A DNA stretch of 53,369 nt from a virus (taxonomy: Duplodnaviria; Caudoviricetes), in the IMG/VR virus record IMGVR_UViG_3300001848_000569, positions 1 through 53,369 of that record; one strand, written 5' to 3'. Positions 47,044 through 53,369 of the stretch are shown in pieces; position 1 is the stretch's first letter; every line of letters starts with the position of its first letter. Under the pieces are notes generated by a model that was not told where the DNA came from, did not search any database, and saw only the letters and a program-made list of their open reading frames with translations. Both the position numbers and the translations under genes were made by a program.

Positions 47044-48399
47044 ATGAAACATAATAGAAAAAGAACTATTGTTAAGGGATTTACTCCCCCTTCTAATAAT
47101 ATTCAGCCTACGATTACTCCGAGATTACAAGTAATTGATCTTTATCAAAATAAACCAACTGTTATAATTTCTGAAAAACTACAACAAGAAATAGATTTAG
47201 CTCATACAAAAGTTGGTCCTATTGAATGGTGTGGAGTACTATTGTTTAAAGAGGTAAGTGGTAATATTCATGATGGCAACCTAGTAATAATGGCAGATCA
47301 TTTTCATTTAATGGATATTGGTAGTGCAGCACACACTTCTGCTTCTATTACTACTGAAACCATTAGTGAAATGATGGATAAAGGTGGTGTATTTGATATG
47401 ATAGAAGATGGGTATAAACGTGGACTTATTCACACACATCATAACATGGCTACCTTCTTTTCAGGAACAGATATGGAGGAATTACAGGATAATACTCGTC
47501 ATTATGAGTATTATCTATCTCTAATTGTTAATTTTAAGGGAGAATATACTGCTAAAATAGCAATGATTGGTAAACCTAATAAGGAGGAATCACAAGTGGA
47601 GTATACGTATCGTTTTGGTAAAGTATATACTTCTCCTACAAAACTTAATGATGTTCTATTAACCGCGGATTGTTCTATTCAATTTGAACAACCTCCTTGT
47701 AATTTAGTTTCTGAATATTTTACAAACAGATTAACTGAATTTGTAAATAGACCAAAAACCTATCCTGTTTATCAACCGTTTAAAAGTAATACAACTATTC
47801 AAACTAATTTTCCAGTTACTACGATTAGACATCTTTATATGGATAAACAAGGGTGTAAGGAACTAATTAATCTTGAAAAGAGTAATTGTGTTGAAATAAG
47901 ACTAAGTTTAGTTAATACTCCTAATAATCGTTTTAATTTAAATATTAAAGATTATCTAACATTTGTATTTGCTGATTCGGCTGATGATTTAAGTAAAGAA
48001 TTATCTTATATTCTAGCTAACTTTAATAGAAAAAACCTAGTTAAAAACAAAAATGGTGTTACTATTATCAAGAACTTATTCATGGATTATTTCAAGAATC
48101 TTGATGATTTTATTGATCAATGTTTAACTACTGCCGGTATTCAACCTTCTATCATTGATAATCTATTAGGGAATCAACAATTATATAGCGAAGTTGTTTT
48201 AAAGGTAATAATGGCCTCTATTAAAATGTTGAGTAAATACGATTATTTAGAGTTAGTTAAAGATTATATTAATGAATTAAAAGACTCTAATATTGTAGAT
48301 TTTGATATTTCTGAACAGACTGTTAAAAACTATGGAGTAGAAGAAACTCAATCATTAATTATTCCTTCTATATCTGATTTTGCTGATTTTCATGAATAA
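47044..48399 (+). CDS. JAB/MPN+ metalloprotease
   Basis: EWCGVL...IHTHHNMATFFSGTD fits E...HxH-x7-S-x2-D. Confidence 0.88.
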   Translation: MKHNRKRTIVKGFTPPSNNIQPTITPRLQVIDLYQNKPTVIISEKLQQEIDLAHTKVGPIEWCGVLLFKEVSGNIHDGNLVIMADHFHLMDIGSAAHTSASITTETISEMMDKGGVFDMIEDGYKRGLIHTHHNMATFFSGTDMEELQDNTRHYEYYLSLIVNFKGEYTAKIAMIGKPNKEESQVEYTYRFGKVYTSPTKLNDVLLTADCSIQFEQPPCNLVSEYFTNRLTEFVNRPKTYPVYQPFKSNTTIQTNFPVTTIRHLYMDKQGCKELINLEKSNCVEIRLSLVNTPNNRFNLNIKDYLTFVFADSADDLSKELSYILANFNRKNLVKNKNGVTIIKNLFMDYFKNLDDFIDQCLTTAGIQPSIIDNLLGNQQLYSEVVLKVIMASIKMLSKYDYLELVKDYINELKDSNIVDFDISEQTVKNYGVEETQSLIIPSISDFADFHE

Positions 48400-48408
48400 T
48401 TTTTTAAA

Positions 48409-49137
48409 ATGGAAGATATACTTGAATTAGAAAATCCTGATTTGCTTGTTTCAAATAGAATGACAAGGTTTAAAGATTCAGGTTGGTATCAACGAGACAA
48501 TATGCCCGCAGTTTTAGTTTTAGGCTGCGGGTCTATTGGTTCTTTTCTATCTTTGTGCTTGTCAAGAACTGAATGTCCGTTATATCTATATGATATGGAT
48601 ACCTTTGATGAAGTTAACTTTTCTGGTCAACTTTGTAAAAAAGGAGATGGTGGTAAATTAAAAACTACAGCTTTAATAGAAACTCTTGCGCTATTAAATG
48701 ATGGAGTTAATTATGTTCAAGATTCTGGTCTTGAATATAATAATTCTTGCCCTACTAATAATATTGTTTTTTCATGTTTTGATAATATGAAAGCTAGAAT
48801 TTTAGCTTTTAATAAATGGAAAGAATATGAAAATAGAGAAATTTTTATTGATGGTAGAATAAATGCAGAAAGCTTTCAAGTATTTTTTGTACAAAAGGGG
48901 AATGAAGAGGAATATATGAAAAATCTCTTTGATGACTCACAGGTTGCTGATTTACCATGCACTTATAAATCTACTACTCATTGCTCAATGCAAATTGCTT
49001 CTATGATGATGGCAGGGTTTGCTAACTATTTATTTAATAAAAGAGTTGGAGATACTATTAGAGAAATTCCATTTAAATATGAACTAATAATGCCAATTTT
49101 TAAAAATGTAATTGAAAATGTCGGTAACACTAAATAA
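48409..49137 (+). CDS. E1/ThiF-family adenylating enzyme
   Basis: GCGSIGS; YDMDTFDEVNFSGQ; K; CFDNMKAR; IDGR; PCTYK cysteine. Confidence 0.9.
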   Translation: MEDILELENPDLLVSNRMTRFKDSGWYQRDNMPAVLVLGCGSIGSFLSLCLSRTECPLYLYDMDTFDEVNFSGQLCKKGDGGKLKTTALIETLALLNDGVNYVQDSGLEYNNSCPTNNIVFSCFDNMKARILAFNKWKEYENREIFIDGRINAESFQVFFVQKGNEEEYMKNLFDDSQVADLPCTYKSTTHCSMQIASMMMAGFANYLFNKRVGDTIREIPFKYELIMPIFKNVIENVGNTK

Positions 49138-50224
49138 TCTTTTTAACAGTAAACTTACTACAGTTCCTTTATTTAGTTTATCTTCTATAAAAGATGGATA
49201 TATTCCTGTATGCAGTATAGTTAATAATTACATTTCTTCTTTAAGGGAAGAATCGGAATTTATTAATTATAAAGGAAGTGAAAAGGTTCTTATATCCTTA
49301 ATGTTAAAAAAAGATATATTAACAAAAGATGTAGTTAATTCTATGACTCTTGGGTTACTAGAGGATAACTGTTCTAATGTAAGTATATATATGCAAAACG
49401 ATTCTTTAAACAAAGAGGAATTAGTACAGTCAATTTTATTTAAAGACGATGTTTCAACTTGTAGTTCTTTTAAACAAACCCGTATTGTTAATTCTTCATA
49501 TATAAGATCTTTCGGTTCTTTATTTACTAAAGATTATAAACCTATTGTACTAGTTTTACTAAAACAAGAGTATCTTGAAAAGTTTTGTTTAAAATTAATT
49601 TTAGGTAAAAAATTAATTCCTGAAAGTAATGATGAAGTAATTATTTATATAAATAATTCTTTGTTTGAATCGGAATTAAGTGATTCTTTACAAGCTCAAT
49701 TTAAATTAGTAATTAAAGAAAATAAACTACCAACTATTATAGATAATGGTGAAATGTTTTCAGATTATTTCTTTCCTTTTAAATATCCAGACTTTAGCGA
49801 TTTAAATGCTAAATCGAAATATTTTAAAGAAATGTCTACAAAATTTCGGACAATTGTAACAAATCGCTATGAAAAACTAAAGAAGGTTAATAAATTTAGA
49901 CCGCTCACTACGGAGATTTTAAAAAAAATAATTAGTAAAGGTGATGTATCAAAACTATTATTAAAAATAAATCCTGATAGCGTTGTATTGGATCCTAAAG
50001 GTAGAATGGTATTCAAAAAATATTCCGATGAAAGGTGTGGTTCGTTTGAAACGCCAATTAATACTATAATATCAGGAATAAATTTATCAAAAATAAATGA
50101 GTATACTTTTTCCATTTATTATGTTAATGAAGAGAGCGATGTATATTCTATTAGTAATAATGGAAAAGAATACAGTTGGAGATATTCTTCTGGCAATTAT
50201 TGGCTTTATAGACTCGAACAATGA
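49112..50224 (+). CDS. Hypothetical protein following E1
   Basis: 370-aa ORF overlapping the E1 stop. Confidence 0.6.
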   Translation: MKMSVTLNNLFNSKLTTVPLFSLSSIKDGYIPVCSIVNNYISSLREESEFINYKGSEKVLISLMLKKDILTKDVVNSMTLGLLEDNCSNVSIYMQNDSLNKEELVQSILFKDDVSTCSSFKQTRIVNSSYIRSFGSLFTKDYKPIVLVLLKQEYLEKFCLKLILGKKLIPESNDEVIIYINNSLFESELSDSLQAQFKLVIKENKLPTIIDNGEMFSDYFFPFKYPDFSDLNAKSKYFKEMSTKFRTIVTNRYEKLKKVNKFRPLTTEILKKIISKGDVSKLLLKINPDSVVLDPKGRMVFKKYSDERCGSFETPINTIISGINLSKINEYTFSIYYVNEESDVYSISNNGKEYSWRYSSGNYWLYRLEQ

Positions 50225-50685
50225 TTATTACACTAGGTAGATTTCCAACACATATTCAAACTTCTAAATATAAGTTTAAAAAAATAAATGGTAATCTAAT
50301 TTGGGCAACCACTAATCATTTTATTAGAGCAAAGATAAAAGAACAAATTAGTTCTTTTATTATACCTTTTTTACCTGAAATAGTTTTTCCTTACCCAGTA
50401 GAAATTGAAATGGAGTTTCATGTTCCTTGGAATTATAATACAGTTCAAATGAGAAAAGGACGTATTATCTGGAAAAATGAAACGAATTTTCCCAATAATC
50501 AAAAATGGGATGTTGGAAATTATGGAATGGTTTGGGATAAAGCCTTTCTTGACTGTATAGTTGAGAAAGGCTTACTTCCTGATGATAGTGTTACTTATAT
50601 TAGAAGTAGTGGTAAAGTTACTTTTTTCCCAGTTAACAGTCTGGAAGAAAGAAAAATAGTTTTTATAATAAAAAAATATAAATGA
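50221..50685 (+). CDS. RusA-like Holliday junction resolvase
   Basis: WDVGN...KAFLDCIVEKGLLPDDS. Confidence 0.75.
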   Translation: MIITLGRFPTHIQTSKYKFKKINGNLIWATTNHFIRAKIKEQISSFIIPFLPEIVFPYPVEIEMEFHVPWNYNTVQMRKGRIIWKNETNFPNNQKWDVGNYGMVWDKAFLDCIVEKGLLPDDSVTYIRSSGKVTFFPVNSLEERKIVFIIKKYK

Positions 50686-51188
50686 TCAAAGAAGTTAATA
50701 TGTGTAATATATCCTTATGGGGAATATATCCACTATTGGAATTAGATAAGAAATATGATCATTTCTTATATGATACTTACATTAAATGTGAGCAATATAA
50801 TGAATTACCAGAGTGTCTATTTGTACTATTTAGTAGTACTGGAGGTGCTGATGAAATATTGGATAACTTAATAGCTACGCCAAATTATTTTTCATCTATT
50901 GATATTAGTGAGAAATATAGGTTAGTTATATTTACATTTCCTGATAAATATACTAATGATATCCATTTACTAATAGATGGTAAATATTCAAAATTATCTA
51001 TTCCTGCAAAAAACATTATTAAGAATAGAATGAAATATTCTGATATACATGGTATTCTTGATAAGAGTTTAGAAATGAAAAAATGGATAGAAAATAAAAT
51101 AGGAATGGATATTGGTGATAATGAAGTATGGGATAAAATGGATTTAAATAAAGAGACTCTAAATATTAATAATGATAGATTACAATAG
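50682..51188 (+). CDS. Conserved hypothetical replication-block protein
   Basis: GKYSKLS motif; coupled to neighbours. Confidence 0.6.
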   Translation: MIKEVNMCNISLWGIYPLLELDKKYDHFLYDTYIKCEQYNELPECLFVLFSSTGGADEILDNLIATPNYFSSIDISEKYRLVIFTFPDKYTNDIHLLIDGKYSKLSIPAKNIIKNRMKYSDIHGILDKSLEMKKWIENKIGMDIGDNEVWDKMDLNKETLNINNDRLQ

Positions 51189-52008
51189 TTTGATCAATAG
51201 TAAGAGTGATAATATAGAAAAAAATAACCTATTAATTATTGACGGGGACTTTATTTTATATATTGTTACTAATAAAAATAAGGTGTTAGATCAATTTGGT
51301 AAACCTGAATTAGATCCAAATGGTAATTATATATATTATGATAAAAATTTAGAGGAGGTTAAGGGAGCTATTGACTCTTATTTAAATACTTTATTTACTG
51401 GTTTAAATGCTTCAGAATATATAGGATTTATTGGTGGAAATATTAGAAATTACTTTAGAAAGAAATACTATCCTAACTATAAAGAGAATAGAAAAAAGAT
51501 TGAGAGACCACAGTTTATTTCTGAAGCTAAACAGTATTTAATTGATCAATATCATTTCATACCTGTTGATATTATTGAAACGGATGATGCAGTTAATATT
51601 ACTAGATTACACTATCCTAATAGTATACCAGTAGTAGTAGATAAAGATTTAAAATCTTTAGAAGGAAAATGGTATGATGCTTATCATAATGTATTCGTAA
51701 ATACTACACTTGAAGAACAAGATAAGTTTATTTGGTCTCAAATGATAACCGGGGATACTTCAGATGGAGTATCAGGCATACCAAAAAGGGGGATAAAATA
51801 CTTTGAGAAAATAGTACAAGAAAATGAGATGCGTGCTGAAAACTCTTTACCTGTTTTAATATATGAAGAATATATTAGTCACTATGGCTTAGAAAGGGGA
51901 ATAGAGGAGTTCTATGCAAATTGGAAAGCACTTCATATATTAAAATCTATTGAAGAATTACCCCAAGATTGTACTTTTACTATACCTGAACCAATAAAAA
52001 TAACATAA
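51172..52008 (+). CDS. 5'-3' exonuclease (FEN / T7 gp6-like)
   Basis: IIDGD, FRK..YPNYKENR, ETDD, DKDL, GDTSDGVSGIPKRG. Confidence 0.9.
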   Translation: MIDYNSLINSKSDNIEKNNLLIIDGDFILYIVTNKNKVLDQFGKPELDPNGNYIYYDKNLEEVKGAIDSYLNTLFTGLNASEYIGFIGGNIRNYFRKKYYPNYKENRKKIERPQFISEAKQYLIDQYHFIPVDIIETDDAVNITRLHYPNSIPVVVDKDLKSLEGKWYDAYHNVFVNTTLEEQDKFIWSQMITGDTSDGVSGIPKRGIKYFEKIVQENEMRAENSLPVLIYEEYISHYGLERGIEEFYANWKALHILKSIEELPQDCTFTIPEPIKIT

Positions 52009-52010
52009 TT

Positions 52011-52217
52011 ATGTCAAAAGTAACTATATTTATAGAGCTTTTTCCCAAAATGAGCGGAAAGGGAATAAGGGTATCTAGTGATTCTCTTGAATATCCAGTT
52101 GAAATTAAATTAATTAATTGGGGTAATCAAGTGGTTGTCCATGATGCTAGAGTTAGACAACAATTAGAAAATTTAACAAGTGAAACATTTGATTTACCAG
52201 TTGAGGATTTAACATGA
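52011..52217 (+). CDS. Hypothetical protein
   Basis: ORF track; ATGA overlap with polymerase. Confidence 0.55.
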   Translation: MSKVTIFIELFPKMSGKGIRVSSDSLEYPVEIKLINWGNQVVVHDARVRQQLENLTSETFDLPVEDLT

Positions 52218-53369
52218 TAAATAATTCATTGATATATGATATTGAAACTTTAAAAGAACTATTCTTGGTTTGCTTTAGGGATGTTAAAACACAAAAGAAA
52301 AAAACCTTTTTTGTACACAAGGATTATAGTAATTTAAAAGATCTTATTGATTTTTTAGCATCCTGTAAGCAATCTGATTATTATTTTATTGGATTCAATA
52401 ATTTACATTTTGATTCCCAGATAATAGAATTTATATGGATGAATTATATTAGTTGGTGTAAAAATTCTATTACAAATGAAAATATAATATTGCAAATATA
52501 TAATGAAGCACAACGAATTGTAAATTTACCAGATGAATCTAAATATTTAAGTTTACTTCCTGAATGGAAATTAAGTTTCAAGCAAATTGATTTATATTTA
52601 ATTCATCATTATAATAATAAAAATAAAAGAACTTCGTTAAAATACTTAGAATTTACTATGAAGATGGATAGTATTGAAGAAATGCCTATTCATCATGATT
52701 CTTCTATAACACTAGATGATATTCATACTATAGAATTATACTGTTTAAATGATATAGAAGCTACCTATCAATTCTATTTAAAATCAATAGAAGCTATTAA
52801 ACTACGAGAGGATTTTAAAGATAAATATGACCTAAATTGTTTAAATTGGAATGATGTTAAACTTGGTAATCAATTATTATTAGATATATATTGTAAAAAA
52901 GAGTTTCAAGATAAGAACTATATTAAAACTTTAAGATCTCCTAGGACATCAATTAAGTTCTCTAATTTGATATTACCAATTATTGATTTTAAAAATGATG
53001 AATTTAAGACACTACTGGCAAAATTTAAATCAACATCTATATCTAATACTAAAGGTGAATTTACATTTTCTTTAAAATATAAAGGAATTACTTATGAATA
53101 TGGACAAGGAGGTATTCATGGATGTAATAATCCTGGAGTTTATAATTCTGATGATGAGTATATAATTTATGATCTAGATATTGGCTCTTTATATCCAAGT
53201 ATAGCTGTTAATTTTAATCTATTTCCTGAACATCTTAGAAACATAGGTGAAATATATTCAACAGAAATTGTACAAAGAAGGTTAGACGAAAAATCTAAAG
53301 GTAAAGTTGGTGATAAAAATTTAATAGCAGCCTTAAAGCTTGCTGCAAATGGTGGATTTTTCGGTCGAG
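52214..53369 (+). CDS. polB: Family B DNA polymerase (truncated by window end)
   Basis: Not in the ORF track. MINNSLIYDIET (ExoI), GFNNLHFD (ExoII), YCLNDI (ExoIII), DLDIGSLYPS (motif A), LKLAANGGFFG (motif B). Confidence 0.92.
   Translation, partial: MINNSLIYDIETLKELFLVCFRDVKTQKKKTFFVHKDYSNLKDLIDFLASCKQSDYYFIGFNNLHFDSQIIEFIWMNYISWCKNSITNENIILQIYNEAQRIVNLPDESKYLSLLPEWKLSFKQIDLYLIHHYNNKNKRTSLKYLEFTMKMDSIEEMPIHHDSSITLDDIHTIELYCLNDIEATYQFYLKSIEAIKLREDFKDKYDLNCLNWNDVKLGNQLLLDIYCKKEFQDKNYIKTLRSPRTSIKFSNLILPIIDFKNDEFKTLLAKFKSTSISNTKGEFTFSLKYKGITYEYGQGGIHGCNNPGVYNSDDEYIIYDLDIGSLYPSIAVNFNLFPEHLRNIGEIYSTEIVQRRLDEKSKGKVGDKNLIAALKLAANGGFFGR

Noticed and set aside
48409-49137. ThiF/MoeB for thiamine or molybdopterin synthesis
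   Set aside because: No pathway genes nearby, no paired CxxC zinc motifs, and neighbours are JAB and E2-like
26557-50115. Minus-strand ORFs in the plus-strand block (26557, 28252, 29869, 36989, 37470, 38001, 40334, 44806, 45327, 46669, 49867) and nested ORF 43655
   Set aside because: Overlap better-supported genes or tRNA-Pro
1-53369. Genome-wide stop-codon reassignment (TAG to Gln or TGA to Trp)
   Set aside because: Core genes are intact under code 11, TGA and TAG end genes with tight overlaps, and no suppressor tRNA was seen; only three local TGA interruptions

Overview
This is an AT-rich bacteriophage genome segment with Crassvirales-like (crAss-like) organisation; a Bacteroidota host is likely but inferred. 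Bases 1-22.1 kb (minus strand) hold the late block: a GIY-YIG endonuclease, lysis genes, fibre and structural genes, major capsid protein, scaffold-like protein, portal, terminase large subunit, and a free-standing Hint-like gene. Transcription switches strand at about 22.1-22.7 kb. From 22.7 to 27.4 kb the sequence is mostly non-coding and packed with self-closing RNA structures, including a pistol ribozyme whose two halves are separated by a 142-nt insert. From 27 to 41 kb lie small early genes, six of the seven tRNAs (the seventh, Thr, is in the late block) and a tmRNA; tRNA-Leu(UAA) is split by a group I intron carrying an HNH endonuclease in loop L1. From 41 to 53.4 kb is the replication block (DnaB, AAA ATPase, SSB-like, primase, RusA-like resolvase, 5'-3' exonuclease, PolB). 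Embedded in it is an apparently complete phage-encoded ubiquitin-like conjugation cassette (Ubl, E2-like, JAB/MPN protease, E1/ThiF), the most notable system here. All calls come from motif reading by eye; no database searches were run.
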